DNA from: a bacterium
GTDB taxonomy: Bacteria > UBA10199 > 2-02-FULL-44-16 > JAAZCA01
Reading direction: 5' to 3'
NCBI GenBank assembly: GCA_963674695.2
Contig: CAXXGI010000002.1
Span: 832,001 to 896,000 of the forward strand
Length of the DNA stretch: 64,000 bases
Part shown: positions 37,291-49,418 of the stretch, in pieces
Layout: each line of letters opens with the position of its first letter
Numbering within the stretch: the stretch's first letter is position 1
Program-made: the position numbers and the translations under genes
Notes under the pieces: generated by a model
What the model saw: the letters and a program-made list of their open reading frames with translations, nothing else
Told to the model about the DNA's origin: nothing
The model's database searches: none

Positions 37291-38682
37291 TCACTGACCG
37301 TTCACGCATGCCATGAATTCCACTTTCGTCATCTCAGAGATGCCGCATCGGTAGGCGGGCCAGTTGGTGTCGTCGATCGGGTTGGAAGCGTCATGCCCGG
37401 AATAGTAGTGTTCGATATACGTCGCGCGTTGGGCGCTGTCGGTTGCCAGTTCATCGGCGAGTTCGGCGAGGGCATCGTCGAGCAGCCACGTGATGCCATA
37501 GGCGTTCGAGAAGGTGTAGGAGGCGGAAAAGGTGCTGTCTCCCTCGAGCGGATTCATCCAGCTCGTAGAATCGGAGAGCTGCCAGTCGTCGGTGCGCGCG
37601 GTCACCACCTTGAACGCTGGGTTGTTGCCGAAGAGCGGACTGATCGAGGGGGTCCCCACGACCGAGCCATGCGGCGCGGTGTCGCTGGAGATCGCCAGCC
37701 GAAATTCATCCATGTGCGTGTGCGCCCCGAAGATTGCACCGATGACATCGCGATAGTCCGTGAGTGTCTCGGTCATCTGTGTCTGCAGTTCCTCCGTCCA
37801 CATCGTCGTTGCATCCGTGACCTGCCCGTTCTCATCCATGAAGGTATGCACGGTTGAATAGATGTCGATCCCGGGCGGGATGTGCAGCAGCAGCCAGACG
37901 CGCCACCCGTTCGCGCGCGCCTGCGCGAGCTTCGTTCCCAGCCACGCCACCTGCGCGGATGCCGCCGCACGGCTCTCCTCCGGCGCTCGCGCTGCGAAGA
38001 AGACCGTGTTCATGCCGATGAGCATGAGGTTCGCCTGCAGCGATGTGGTCGCATAGTAGCCGCCGGCGGTATAGGTCTCGGCAAACTCCGCGGCGTCGAC
38101 CTTATTCAGGAGCAGCGTCGAGGAAAAGAGGTTGGCGGTGTCGGCGAGAAAGGCGCTGTTGGGCAGCAGTGCATAGTCGCCCTCATAGGCATCGTTGTTG
38201 CCCAGGATGAATGCGATGGGACGCTCACCGCAGGCGGAACGCACGCTTTGTGAGAAGAAGGTAACGGTCTTTAAGATGAAGGCGCGAAGCGCGCTTTCGT
38301 CCTCAGAGCCATAGAGCGCATAGAAAGCGTTGTTGAAGCCGTGCCCCAGGATGTCGCCGGTGAAGAGGAGGAAGGGGGTCCCATCGGCTTGGGTGCAGGC
38401 CGCCGTGATCGCCTGTTTGAGAAGCGGGTAGTTGGCTTCCTGTCCCCATGTGGAGAGGGTCGTGGTGCTCGAACCTTCGAAGATGGCCTCCCACGCGTCG
38501 GCCGGTGCGGCGACGAGCGCATCGAAGAGCGTGGTATCGTAAAAGGGGTTGAAGTGGACGTCGGAGAAGACCACGATCTGGTTTGTCCGCGAACTTCCCC
38601 CGCAGGCGGAAATGAGCAGGACGATCGTCGCCAGCGCGGTCAGTACTTTTCGTCGTTGGACTCGAAGCATAGATGGCCTCAT
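37291..38682 (-). CDS. Calcineurin-like metallophosphoesterase, acid-sphingomyelinase (SMPDL3)-like lipoprotein
   Basis: SDVHFNP, TGDILGH, LGNNDAY, HIPPG, AHTHMDEF, PSISPLFGNNPAF; lipobox ISAC. Confidence 0.88.
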   Translation of the reverse strand: MRPSMLRVQRRKVLTALATIVLLISACGGSSRTNQIVVFSDVHFNPFYDTTLFDALVAAPADAWEAIFEGSSTTTLSTWGQEANYPLLKQAITAACTQADGTPFLLFTGDILGHGFNNAFYALYGSEDESALRAFILKTVTFFSQSVRSACGERPIAFILGNNDAYEGDYALLPNSAFLADTANLFSSTLLLNKVDAAEFAETYTAGGYYATTSLQANLMLIGMNTVFFAARAPEESRAAASAQVAWLGTKLAQARANGWRVWLLLHIPPGIDIYSTVHTFMDENGQVTDATTMWTEELQTQMTETLTDYRDVIGAIFGAHTHMDEFRLAISSDTAPHGSVVGTPSISPLFGNNPAFKVVTARTDDWQLSDSTSWMNPLEGDSTFSASYTFSNAYGITWLLDDALAELADELATDSAQRATYIEHYYSGHDASNPIDDTNWPAYRCGISEMTKVEFMACVNGQ

Positions 38683-38688
38683 AGGGGT

Positions 38689-38815
38689 CAGACTGCTGAC
38701 AAAGTCATCATGCGCTGTCATTCCCGCAGGGGTAAGCGGGAATCTCGATTGTCGCAGCACATCGAGATCCCCGCGTTCGCGGGGATGACAAAAACACAGG
38801 TTTGTCATCAACCTC
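38689..38815. mobile_element. Second MITE copy (inverted relative to 6734-6880)
   Basis: CAGACTGCTGACAAAGTC ... REP doublet ... ACAAAAACACAGGTTTGTCATCAACCTC. Confidence 0.82.
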
Positions 38816-38935
38816 GGATGATGGAGTTTCTTTCTACCCCGGGTCTTCGCATTTGTCGAGGGGGGCGCTGGCATCTCCATGCCCCGGAAGACATTCCCCC
38901 TTGCCGGAAACTCATTTTTCTTTTACAGAGCCACG

Positions 38936-39301
38936 ATGCAGTACGAACTGGCATATGACCTCCAGGATCGGACCTACGCGATCATCGACACGCTGGGGTT
39001 CGAACACGTCGATAAGGACCGGGTCTCCTGCATCCGGAGCCGGGGGAGCCGATCGCGGCGCACCATCGCCCGGATCCATACGTTATCCAAGGCGATGCAG
39101 CTCGGCATGAACTGCCATGCCCACTATGTGATCGAGTTCCTGGAGCGGTTCGAAAAATTGTCGGAGGATGAGCAGACGCAGGTGATCATCCACGAACTCC
39201 TCCATATTCCCAAGACATTCGGCGGCGGTTTTCGGCATCACGATTATGTGGCGAAAAAACGCGTCGACGAACTCTTCAAACGATATCAGCGTGCGGTCTA
39301 A
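38936..39301 (+). CDS. Small putative metallopeptidase (HELLH)
   Basis: RSRGSRSRRTIARIH..YVIE..ERF..LS..VIIHELLHIPKTFGGGFRHH. Confidence 0.78.
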   Translation: MQYELAYDLQDRTYAIIDTLGFEHVDKDRVSCIRSRGSRSRRTIARIHTLSKAMQLGMNCHAHYVIEFLERFEKLSEDEQTQVIIHELLHIPKTFGGGFRHHDYVAKKRVDELFKRYQRAV

Positions 39302-39328
39302 TATTCCGGACAGAGAGATGTGATCCCT

Positions 39329-41026
<1,698 letters not shown>

Positions 41027-41084
41027 TACGATCGTCTGGGCGAGGCTCTCCAAAGGGCTCCTCGGGCCGATTCTGAGAAATCGC

Positions 41085-41110
41085 GCAACTTATCCGCGAA
41101 GGGGTCGATA
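41085..41110 (+). promoter_or_regulatory. GCAAC-N16-CGATA putative promoter
   Basis: GCAAC TTATCCGCGAAGGGGT CGATA, ~320 bp before rhlE. Confidence 0.45.
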
Positions 41111-41432
41111 CAGGGATATCGGGCGGCATGAGGCGCTGCCTGGTGGGTGCTCTGAGGAAATAGCTGGAAATGCTTGCTTTCCGGGCCGATCTCGCCTAGA
41201 AGCGCCCGCAAGCACGGTGGTTTGGAATGGTTAGCTGAGAATGCCTTCTGTTGTTTCTCTTCTCCTGTTACGAATCACGCCAAAAAACCAGTCTGTTCAA
41301 GAGACAGCGCAAAAGCTGTCCCCGCAGGCTTCTTGTAGCCCGAGTGCGTCCACGAGTGTTTCGTCTGTGACGTGCGGGCCGCAGCACCATGAGCCCCTGG
41401 ATGAAACCGGGGCTCGAAGAAAAGGATGTTTT

Positions 41433-42728
41433 ATGCAGAATCAGCAGAATCAGACGTTTGATGAACTCAACCTCGCCGCACCGATCGCGCGTGCCGTGAA
41501 GGATGAAGGGTACACCGTGCCCACGCCGATCCAGGCCGGGGCGATTCCCATGCTGCTCGAAGGACGCGACCTCATCGGTTGTGCACAGACCGGAACCGGA
41601 AAGACGGCGGCCTTCGCGCTGCCGATCCTTCATCGCCTCAACGCCTCCCGGAAAAAAGCACCGCCGCGCGGGGCGCGGGTGCTCGTCCTCACCCCGACGC
41701 GCGAGCTGGCCGCACAGGTGGGGGAGAGTTTTCGGACCTATGGTCGCCATCTCCACATGAAGCATGTGCTGATCTTCGGCGGCGTCGGTCAGCATCCGCA
41801 GGTCAAGGCCATGTCGCGTGGCGTCGATATCCTCGTCGCGACCCCCGGTCGCCTGTTGGATCTCATGCAGCAGGGACATGTGAAGCTCTCCGGCATCGAG
41901 ATCTTCGTCCTCGACGAGGCCGATCGGATGCTCGATATGGGATTTCTGCCCGACATCAAACGGGTGATCGCGAAGATTCCGGAGAAGCGGCAGACGCTGC
42001 TCTTCTCCGCGACGATGGCGCCGGAGATCATGCGGCTGGCTGAGGGCATGCTCTCCGATCCGGTGAAGGTGGCCGTATCGCCGCCCGCATCCACGGTCGA
42101 GAATGTCGACGAACGCGTCCTGTTTGTGGACGAGAGCAACAAACGCGCGCTCCTGTCGGAACTGCTGCGGACGCCGGAGATGAACCGCGCGCTCGTCTTT
42201 ACGCGCACGAAGCACGGTGCGAATCGCCTGGTCAAACAGCTGGGTGAAACCTCCGTCAGGGCCAACGCGATCCATGGCAATAAGTCGCAGACCGCCCGTA
42301 TGTCTGCCTTGCACGATTTTCGCACGGGTCGTTGCCGTGTGCTCGTCGCCACCGATATTGCGGCGCGCGGCATCGATGTCGATGGCATCACCCATGTGAT
42401 CAACTTCGATCTCCCCAACGAGCCTGAGAGCTATGTGCACCGCATCGGTCGTACAGCGCGCGCGGGCGCTGCCGGCACCGCGATCTCGTTCTGCGGGGCG
42501 GGCGAGCGGTTCTATCTGCGCGATATCGAACGGCTGCTCAAGCGCTCGGTCCCCGTCTGTACGGATCATCCGTATCACTCCGAGGAGGTCGTGCGGGCAG
42601 GCCCGGCGGGAAAGTCTGTTTCGGCGCGCAATCGCAATAATCCCAATCGTTCGAAGGGGGGACAGCGGGCGTTCGGGAAACACAATGCTCGGCGGCGATC
42701 GAAGAACAGTGTCCGCGGGGGACAATAA
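41433..42728 (+). CDS. rhlE: DEAD-box RNA helicase (RhlE-like)
   Basis: [47 protein letters not shown]; basic tail. Confidence 0.9.
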   Translation: MQNQQNQTFDELNLAAPIARAVKDEGYTVPTPIQAGAIPMLLEGRDLIGCAQTGTGKTAAFALPILHRLNASRKKAPPRGARVLVLTPTRELAAQVGESFRTYGRHLHMKHVLIFGGVGQHPQVKAMSRGVDILVATPGRLLDLMQQGHVKLSGIEIFVLDEADRMLDMGFLPDIKRVIAKIPEKRQTLLFSATMAPEIMRLAEGMLSDPVKVAVSPPASTVENVDERVLFVDESNKRALLSELLRTPEMNRALVFTRTKHGANRLVKQLGETSVRANAIHGNKSQTARMSALHDFRTGRCRVLVATDIAARGIDVDGITHVINFDLPNEPESYVHRIGRTARAGAAGTAISFCGAGERFYLRDIERLLKRSVPVCTDHPYHSEEVVRAGPAGKSVSARNRNNPNRSKGGQRAFGKHNARRRSKNSVRGGQ

Positions 42729-42785
42729 GTCTCCTTGATTTTATGCACATAATAGAACATTCTCAGAAAAAGGAGGGTTCAGCGT

Positions 42786-43202
42786 ATGAGCAAGACAACC
42801 GAACTGGAATTGGGTAAAGAGATTCTTTCCTATTGCGGCAAGTGTAAAATGCCCACGGGTCATATCATCAACAGCCTGACCAAGAAGGGGACCGCCGATA
42901 AGTGCGAGTGCCAGACCTGCAAGGCGCTTCACAAATATCGGGATCCGGAGAAAAATCCCCCGAAGAAGCGCGCGGCGAAGGCGCCCGCCAAAAAGACGGT
43001 CTCGATTGAAGAGCTGTGGACCGAGGCGATCGAGAAGGCGGTTGGATCCACAAAGCCCTATGCGATGGATGCGGAGTTTGAAGAGGGTGACCTCATCGAA
43101 CACGCCACCTTTGGGCGCGGGGTCGTTCAGGAGCTCGTTCCCGAAAAGAAGATCAAGGTTCTCTTCAAGGAAGCGGAAAAACTCCTGGCCTGTAATCGCT
43201 GA
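42786..43202 (+). CDS. Zn-ribbon protein with C-terminal SH3/Tudor-like region
   Basis: CGKC..H..CECQTC..H; FEEGDLIEHATFGRGVV; SD AGGAGG. Confidence 0.8.
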   Translation: MSKTTELELGKEILSYCGKCKMPTGHIINSLTKKGTADKCECQTCKALHKYRDPEKNPPKKRAAKAPAKKTVSIEELWTEAIEKAVGSTKPYAMDAEFEEGDLIEHATFGRGVVQELVPEKKIKVLFKEAEKLLACNR

Positions 43203-43225
43203 GCGTTTCGCATCGATGATGAATA

Positions 43226-43258
43226 ACGAGCCCCCTCCCGTCGGGAGGGGGTTTTGTT
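43226..43258 (+). terminator. Intrinsic terminator
   Basis: GCCCCCTCCC-GTC-GGGAGGGGGT followed by T-rich run. Confidence 0.7.
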
Positions 43259-43321
43259 GTGTGGGGGTGTTCATTGCTCCACAGCGTTGACATCTCGATT
43301 TGCGGCCGCTACATGATAGCC

Positions 43322-44491
43322 ATGAAGATAAAACGGCTCATGGAAATGGCTTTGCTCGCAGTCTTCCTGCTGTTCCTCGCGGTGGGCGGCGTGCAGGCTC
43401 AGGGGAAAAAGGCACCGATCACCCAGATCGAGATCATCTTCGATGATTCCGGCAGCATGTGGGGGCAGATCGGGGGCAAGGCCAAGGTCGATATCGCGAA
43501 AGAGGCCTTCGGCGTTCTCATCGATGACATCTTCAAGAAACAAGCCGATCTCGAGATCGGGCTCCGGGTCTACGGGCATTTGAACAAGAGGTGTGACAAC
43601 TCCGTCCTCGAGGTTCCCATCGGGAAGGGCCAGCAGGAAAAGCTCAAGGTGGTCGTGGCGGGGCTCAAGCCGCTCGGGAAGACGCCCATCACCTATTCCC
43701 TAGAAAAATCTGCTGCTGATTTCGATCAGAAAAAAACAGGCGATAGGATTATCGTTCTGCTCACCGATGGCATCGAGAGCTGCGATGGCGACCCTTGTGC
43801 TGCGGCGCGGAAACTCCAGGCAGCGGGCGTGGTGACCAAGATACACGTCGTGGGCTTTGGGATGAAGAAGTCCGAGCTCGATACGCTCGCCTGTATCGCT
43901 GCCCCCTCAAAGGGGTTGCTCATCGGGGCGAGCAGCGCCGGGGAACTGAGGAAAGCGTTTGAAAAGATCGTCGATGAGACGGTGCGATACAACCTGGAGA
44001 TTCAGGCGGTGGACGATAGCGACAAGGCGATACTGGCTGACTACTCCGTCTATCCGGCGGGAAAGACGGTTGATCCTGTGGCACAGGGTGATACGTCGAT
44101 GGATCAAAAAGCGCTCCTGCTGGTGCCGGCGGGTACCTACGACATCAAGGTGATCAACGGTCAGACGAAAAAGGAGCTGTGGCTCAAGGGCGTGGCGGTC
44201 GATAAGAAGAAGCGGACGGTCAGACGCGTGGCCTTCGGCGAGCGCAAGCTCAAGCTGATCTGCAAGAAGACGGACGGCACGATCAACAGCCTCTGTGAAG
44301 TGTACGTGTATGATAAAGCGGGCACGGAGCTGATGTATCGGGATACGTCGATGAAATACGCCGAGATGACATTGGAGCCGGGCGTCTATGATGTGAAGGT
44401 CATCAATTATGATTCAAAGAAGGAAGGTTGGCTCAAGGATATCGACTTAACCAGCGAGCGCAAACTCACGAAGGAGATCGTCGTCGAGTGA
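43322..44491 (+). CDS. Exported VWA-domain protein with C-terminal beta repeats
   Basis: MIDAS DDSGSM, GKTPI, LLTDGIESC.GDPC, HVVGFG; PGxYDxKV repeats. Confidence 0.88.
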   Translation: MKIKRLMEMALLAVFLLFLAVGGVQAQGKKAPITQIEIIFDDSGSMWGQIGGKAKVDIAKEAFGVLIDDIFKKQADLEIGLRVYGHLNKRCDNSVLEVPIGKGQQEKLKVVVAGLKPLGKTPITYSLEKSAADFDQKKTGDRIIVLLTDGIESCDGDPCAAARKLQAAGVVTKIHVVGFGMKKSELDTLACIAAPSKGLLIGASSAGELRKAFEKIVDETVRYNLEIQAVDDSDKAILADYSVYPAGKTVDPVAQGDTSMDQKALLLVPAGTYDIKVINGQTKKELWLKGVAVDKKKRTVRRVAFGERKLKLICKKTDGTINSLCEVYVYDKAGTELMYRDTSMKYAEMTLEPGVYDVKVINYDSKKEGWLKDIDLTSERKLTKEIVVE

Positions 44492-44522
44492 TGCGCGCGC
44501 TTTTCAACGGAAAGGATTTTCT

Positions 44523-44999
44523 ATGAAGAACATCATGCTTTTCCTGAGTCTCATCGTGCTGGTCGGAGCCGTCGGATGTAGCTCCAATAAGAGCGCATCA
44601 CCGGACGTTGCAACGGATGAGGGCAAGACCATCGGTCAGCAGCTCGATGAGGCCGGGGCTTCCCTGAAGGACTGTCGCAAAAACTGTGATGAGGCCGCAA
44701 CGCCTCAGATGAAGCAGCAGTGCCTGCAGGCATGTGCATATGCCAAGCAGATTCATGGCATGGCGAAAGAGGCGACCAAGGGGGTTGCGGACAAGACCCA
44801 GGGGCAGATCGCCGAGGATTTTCAGAAGCGCGTCTATGGCAACATGAACGAGCAGCAGTTGAAGAAAATCAAAGCCCTGCAGGCGCAGGGGAAGATCCCG
44901 CAGAATCTCACCGCGGGTGCGGAAGGCGCACAGGCGGGTGCCGAGCCGAATCCGGACGATTTACCCGAACAGCCGGAGGCCGCGGGCGTTCCACACTGA
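44523..44999 (+). CDS. Hypothetical lipoprotein (CxxxC..CxxxC)
   Basis: Lipobox AVGC; hairpin plus T-run at ~45018-45058. Confidence 0.75.
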   Translation: MKNIMLFLSLIVLVGAVGCSSNKSASPDVATDEGKTIGQQLDEAGASLKDCRKNCDEAATPQMKQQCLQACAYAKQIHGMAKEATKGVADKTQGQIAEDFQKRVYGNMNEQQLKKIKALQAQGKIPQNLTAGAEGAQAGAEPNPDDLPEQPEAAGVPH

Positions 45000-45175
45000 T
45001 CTTTTGGGATGTGATGCAAGGGGTGATTCGGGCCGTCGGCTCGTGTCACCCCTTTTTTATGGAGAGGCGCTTCATCCGATGGTCTTTTCCGCCCATAAAG
45101 GCGTTGTCTTCAAAGGGGCGGTGACCTATTGTTCCGCGATCGTCGCCTTGAGTTTCCCGATGAAACCGTCGGACG

Positions 45176-46486
45176 ATGTGGAGGCCGTTGACCATGATGG
45201 GGTGGGGCGGGAACAGGAGGACAGTCGTTGGAATCACCTGCGCGCTGGCGCTGCTGGGTGTCAGCACATCGGCCGCGGGAAGCGAGACGCAGGTCCTCGA
45301 CTGGAAGAAGTGCGTTCGTGAGGCGATCCAGAACAACCCGGCCCTTGCCGCCTCGGCGCAGAAGATCCAGCAGTCCAAGGCGCAGCAGTGGGTCGCGGCC
45401 AGTCCGGCCCTGCCGCAGATTTCGACGCAGTTGAATCTGAACAAATCGGACAACTATTCGGGCGGGGCGAACCGCAACACCAACACCTATTCCATCCAGG
45501 GAGAACAGCTCATCTTCGACGGGTTCAAGACGTTCAGCGATGTGAGGGCGGCGAAACAGGATGTGATCAGTTCCGAGTATGGATACGTCGCCGATTCTTC
45601 GACCATTCGCTATAATTTGCGACTGGCGTATACGGAACTGTTGCGCGCGCAGGCGCTCGTGCCGATCAGCGAAGGGATCATCGTGCGGCGCAAGCAGAAC
45701 CTGGAGATGATCAAGCTGCGGTATGAATCGGGGCGCGAACATCAGGGATCGCTGTTGCTGGCCGAGGCGGATCTGGCGCAAGCGGAATTCGATCTGAAGA
45801 AGGCGCGGCGCGATATCTCGGTTGCGCAGTACGCCCTGCGCAAGGAGATGGGGTGGCAGAAGGATGTTCCGATTCGCGTGTCCGGCAATTTTACGATCGA
45901 AACTGCGCGCGACGACAAACCTTCGTTTGCCGAGATCGCGCAGGAGCATCCGTTGGTGCGCAAGACAGTCGCGGACAAGGAATCGGCGAAATACGGCGTT
46001 GCCTCTGCCAAGGGGGCGTTCTTTCCCGAGCTGAGTTTCACGGGAGAGACCGGAAAGGTGCGCACAGGCGGATTTACGGCGGGCGATAAGGGCTGGACGG
46101 TCGGGCTGAACCTCGCGCTGCCGGTCTTTGAAGGCGGACGGCGCATCGCCGACACGGAGCATGCCGTGGCCAAGCTCATGCAGGCCACCTCCGACGAGCG
46201 CAGCCAGTATGACGATGTCGTCTCGACGCTGGAGTCGGCCTGGCAGACGATGCAGGACGCGATCGACGATGTGGAGGTGCAGCGGAAATACCTCAAGGCG
46301 GCCGAGGTCCGGGCGATCATCTCTCGGTCGGAATACGCCAACGGCCTGCTCATCTTCGACAACTGGATCATCATCGAGGATAACTTCGTGAGGGCGCAGA
46401 AGACATTCGTCAACGCGGAGGCGGTGATGCTGTTGGCGGAAGCGGAATGGATCCGGGCCAGAGGGGGGAACCTTGAATATCAATAG
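45176..46486 (+). CDS. TolC family outer membrane efflux protein
   Basis: AIQNNP, QLIFDG, LNLALPVFEGG, two OEP repeats; start uncertain. Confidence 0.9.
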   Translation: MWRPLTMMGWGGNRRTVVGITCALALLGVSTSAAGSETQVLDWKKCVREAIQNNPALAASAQKIQQSKAQQWVAASPALPQISTQLNLNKSDNYSGGANRNTNTYSIQGEQLIFDGFKTFSDVRAAKQDVISSEYGYVADSSTIRYNLRLAYTELLRAQALVPISEGIIVRRKQNLEMIKLRYESGREHQGSLLLAEADLAQAEFDLKKARRDISVAQYALRKEMGWQKDVPIRVSGNFTIETARDDKPSFAEIAQEHPLVRKTVADKESAKYGVASAKGAFFPELSFTGETGKVRTGGFTAGDKGWTVGLNLALPVFEGGRRIADTEHAVAKLMQATSDERSQYDDVVSTLESAWQTMQDAIDDVEVQRKYLKAAEVRAIISRSEYANGLLIFDNWIIIEDNFVRAQKTFVNAEAVMLLAEAEWIRARGGNLEYQ

Positions 46487-47453
46487 GCGTCAGAAAATAG
46501 GGGCGGCAGCGCTCGCGTTCATGCTGCTGGTCTTCGGAGGCATGTATCTGTGGAGCCGGACGAACGGGTCGGGGCGGGAGCTCGAGGCGATCACACCCGT
46601 TCGGGGGGATGTCGCGCTCGTCATCTCGACCGTCGGAACGGTGATGCCGCAGAACCGTTTGGAGATCAAACCGCCGATCAACGGGCGCGTGGAAAGAATA
46701 CTGGTTACGGAAGGGCAGGTGGTGAAGAAGGGACAGGTCCTCGCGTATATGAGCTCGATGGAACGAGCGACCCTCATCGACGCGGCTAGACTCAAAGGGG
46801 CACAGGAGTTCGCCTACTGGCAGCAGGCCTATCGCGAGACCCCGATCGTGGCGCCCATCGATGGAGTGGTCATCGTGCGCGATATCGAACCGGGGCAGAC
46901 GGTCACGACGGCCAGCGTCATGATCGTGCTCTCCGATCGGCTGATCGTTGAAGCGGATGTGGACGAGACCGATGTTGGCGTCGTGCGGCTTGGCCAACAG
47001 GCGATCATCGGTCTGGATGCCTATCCCGAGATCAGCATCGACGCGACGGTCGATCACATTTCGTACGAGTCGGAGGTGATCAATAACGTCACCGTCTATA
47101 AGGTGGACATTCTGCCGAAATCCGTACCCGAAGTCTTTCGCTCCGGCATGAGCGCCAACGTGGAGATCCTCGCCCGCGAGGAAAAGAACGCCCTGCTCAT
47201 CCCCGCCGATGCCGTGCGCTATGAGAACGGAGAGGCGATCGTTTCCGTGCAGGATCCGGCAGGCGGCACGATGAAGCGGGTCGTCGTGGAAACGGGTCTA
47301 CAGCAGGACGGCTTCATCGAAATCGTATCCGGATTGACGGATGATCAGACCGTGCTCGCGCCCGGCGGCAGATACGTGGTGCCGAAAAAGGAAAACGGGA
47401 CGAGCCCGTTCTTTCCCTCGTTTCGCCGGGGTCGGCAGAAGCGGACGCCATGA
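46473..47453 (+). CDS. Efflux periplasmic adaptor (MacA-like MFP)
   Basis: N-terminal TM, GRVERILVTEGQVVKKGQ, APIDGVV, VDETD, RSGMSANV. Confidence 0.9.
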   Translation: MNINRRQKIGAAALAFMLLVFGGMYLWSRTNGSGRELEAITPVRGDVALVISTVGTVMPQNRLEIKPPINGRVERILVTEGQVVKKGQVLAYMSSMERATLIDAARLKGAQEFAYWQQAYRETPIVAPIDGVVIVRDIEPGQTVTTASVMIVLSDRLIVEADVDETDVGVVRLGQQAIIGLDAYPEISIDATVDHISYESEVINNVTVYKVDILPKSVPEVFRSGMSANVEILAREEKNALLIPADAVRYENGEAIVSVQDPAGGTMKRVVVETGLQQDGFIEIVSGLTDDQTVLAPGGRYVVPKKENGTSPFFPSFRRGRQKRTP

Positions 47454-49408
47454 TCGAACTCAAGCATATCTCGAAGACCTATCGGATGGGGGAGGTCGAA
47501 GTTCGGGCCCTGCGGGACATCTCGCTCTCCATCCAACCGGGCGAGTTCATCGCCATCATGGGGCCGTCCGGCTCGGGCAAGTCCACCCTTCTCCATCTGC
47601 TGGGTTTTCTGGATCGTCCTGACGAAGGAGCATACCTCCTCTCCGGGCGGGACGTGAGCCGCCTCACGGATAACGAGCTGGCCAACCTTCGCAACCAGAT
47701 GATCGGGTTCGTCTTCCAGCAGTTCCATCTCTTGCGGCGGATCAACGCGTTGGAAAATGTGGAGCTGCCCTGTCTGTATGCAAACGATGCCCTGCACGTC
47801 GAACGAAACGCGTCGCAGCGGCTCGTCGAGGTGGGGCTGCACGATCGCATGTTGCATCGACCGGGTGAACTCTCGGGTGGACAGCAACAGCGCGTGTCGA
47901 TCGCGCGCGCGCTGATCAACGAGCCGATGATGCTCTTCGCCGATGAGCCGACCGGCAACCTCGATTCCGCCAGCGGGCAGGATATCATGGATATCCTCCG
48001 GACGCTCAACCGGCAGGGCAAGACCATCATTATGGTGACGCACGAATCGGAGGTGGCTGCCTCGGCCGGCCGGATCATCCGGATGCGCGATGGGGAGATC
48101 GTCGCCGATGAGACGACGGGAAATGTCGCTGTCCCCGAAGAGAGCCAGAAGCGTATCAAGGACATCATTCTCACTAAGCGCTCCACGGTCAATCGCAGCG
48201 AACTCGTGGGCTATTTCAAGCAGGCGTTTCGCACCATCGTGTCCAACCGGGTGCGGTCGTTTCTGTCCATGCTGGGTATCCTCGTTGGCGTGGGAGCGGT
48301 CATCGCGATGATGGCCCTCGGTTCGGGAGCGAAACAGTCGATCGAAGAGAATCTCAAATCGCTCGGTTCGAATCTCCTGTCGGTTCGGGGTGGTTCCTCC
48401 CGGCATCACGGGATCTCGGGGGGAACCGGAACCGTGACGCGCTTTACCGCGCAGGATGTCGATGCGATCGAGGCGCTCAAGCCGTCGGTGAAGACCGTGT
48501 CGGGCGTGGTGACCGGCACGGCGCAGGTGGTCTATCAGGACGAGAACTGGAGCACCTCGATTGAGGGCGTTGGATACGACTATGCACAGATGCGCGCGTC
48601 GGTGCCCACGATCGGGCGCTGGTTTACCCCCGAGGAGATCAGCAAGCGGCAGAAGGTGGCCATCATCGGGACCACGGTTCTGGAGAAATTGTTCGGCGAT
48701 GCCGATCCCCTGGGAAAGACCATCAAGATCAATCGTATCAACTTTTTCGTTATCGGGGTGGCGCCCCCGAAGGGGGCGATGGGTCATCGCGATCGGGATG
48801 ACGTCGTCTATGTTCCGGTGACCACGGCGATGTATCGGCTCTTCGGCAAGGATTACCTCGACGGGATGTACGTCCAGGTCGCCGATTCCGAGTCGACCGG
48901 GGATGTGCAACGAAAGATCGAGGACCTCATCATCAAGCGGCATCGTTTGGTTCAGGATGATGATACCTTCAATATACGCGATATGAGCGAAATTCAGGAG
49001 ATGCTCAGCAGCACGATGCAGACCATGAGCACGTTGCTCGGCGCGATCGCGGCCATCTCGCTCCTGGTCGGCGGCATCGGCATCATGAACATCATGCTCG
49101 TCTCCGTGACCGAACGGACCCGCGAGATCGGGCTGCGAAAGGCCATCGGCGCGCGCAAGGTCGATATCCTCGCCCAGTTTCTGACCGAGGCCATCGTGAT
49201 GACCTTGAGCGGAGGTGTCCTGGGGGTGGTCGTGGGCGGCGCTGCGGCGTGGGCGCTCTCCGTTTTCGCGGGGTGGGCGGTGCAGGTGACGCTTGTCTCC
49301 GTCATCCTGGCGATGGGGTTCTCCGGAATCGTCGGCCTCTTCTTCGGCCTGTGGCCGGCCAAGCGCGCGGCCGAACTCGACCCGGTCGAAGCGCTGCGTT
49401 ACGAATAG
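47450..49408 (+). CDS. macB: MacB-like ABC transporter (ATPase-permease fusion)
   Basis: GPSGSGKS, LSGGQQQRV, ADEPTGNLD, RSFLSMLGI, GGIGIMNIMLVSVTERTREIG, DPVEALRYE. Confidence 0.93.
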   Translation: MIELKHISKTYRMGEVEVRALRDISLSIQPGEFIAIMGPSGSGKSTLLHLLGFLDRPDEGAYLLSGRDVSRLTDNELANLRNQMIGFVFQQFHLLRRINALENVELPCLYANDALHVERNASQRLVEVGLHDRMLHRPGELSGGQQQRVSIARALINEPMMLFADEPTGNLDSASGQDIMDILRTLNRQGKTIIMVTHESEVAASAGRIIRMRDGEIVADETTGNVAVPEESQKRIKDIILTKRSTVNRSELVGYFKQAFRTIVSNRVRSFLSMLGILVGVGAVIAMMALGSGAKQSIEENLKSLGSNLLSVRGGSSRHHGISGGTGTVTRFTAQDVDAIEALKPSVKTVSGVVTGTAQVVYQDENWSTSIEGVGYDYAQMRASVPTIGRWFTPEEISKRQKVAIIGTTVLEKLFGDADPLGKTIKINRINFFVIGVAPPKGAMGHRDRDDVVYVPVTTAMYRLFGKDYLDGMYVQVADSESTGDVQRKIEDLIIKRHRLVQDDDTFNIRDMSEIQEMLSSTMQTMSTLLGAIAAISLLVGGIGIMNIMLVSVTERTREIGLRKAIGARKVDILAQFLTEAIVMTLSGGVLGVVVGGAAAWALSVFAGWAVQVTLVSVILAMGFSGIVGLFFGLWPAKRAAELDPVEALRYE

Positions 49409-49418
49409 AAGAATGGCA

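Noticed and set aside
38683-38880. 66-aa N-terminal extension of the phosphoesterase in the ORF track
   Set aside because: Largely translated MITE/REP sequence (CHPRERGDL); the lipoprotein signal starts after it.
41268-42725. Long antisense ORFs (also 2415-3443, 3546-4778, 39083-40252, 45110-46483, 47345-48943, 57420-59039, 61594-63006)
   Set aside because: Shadow frames of well-supported genes in GC-rich DNA, with no motifs or RBS.
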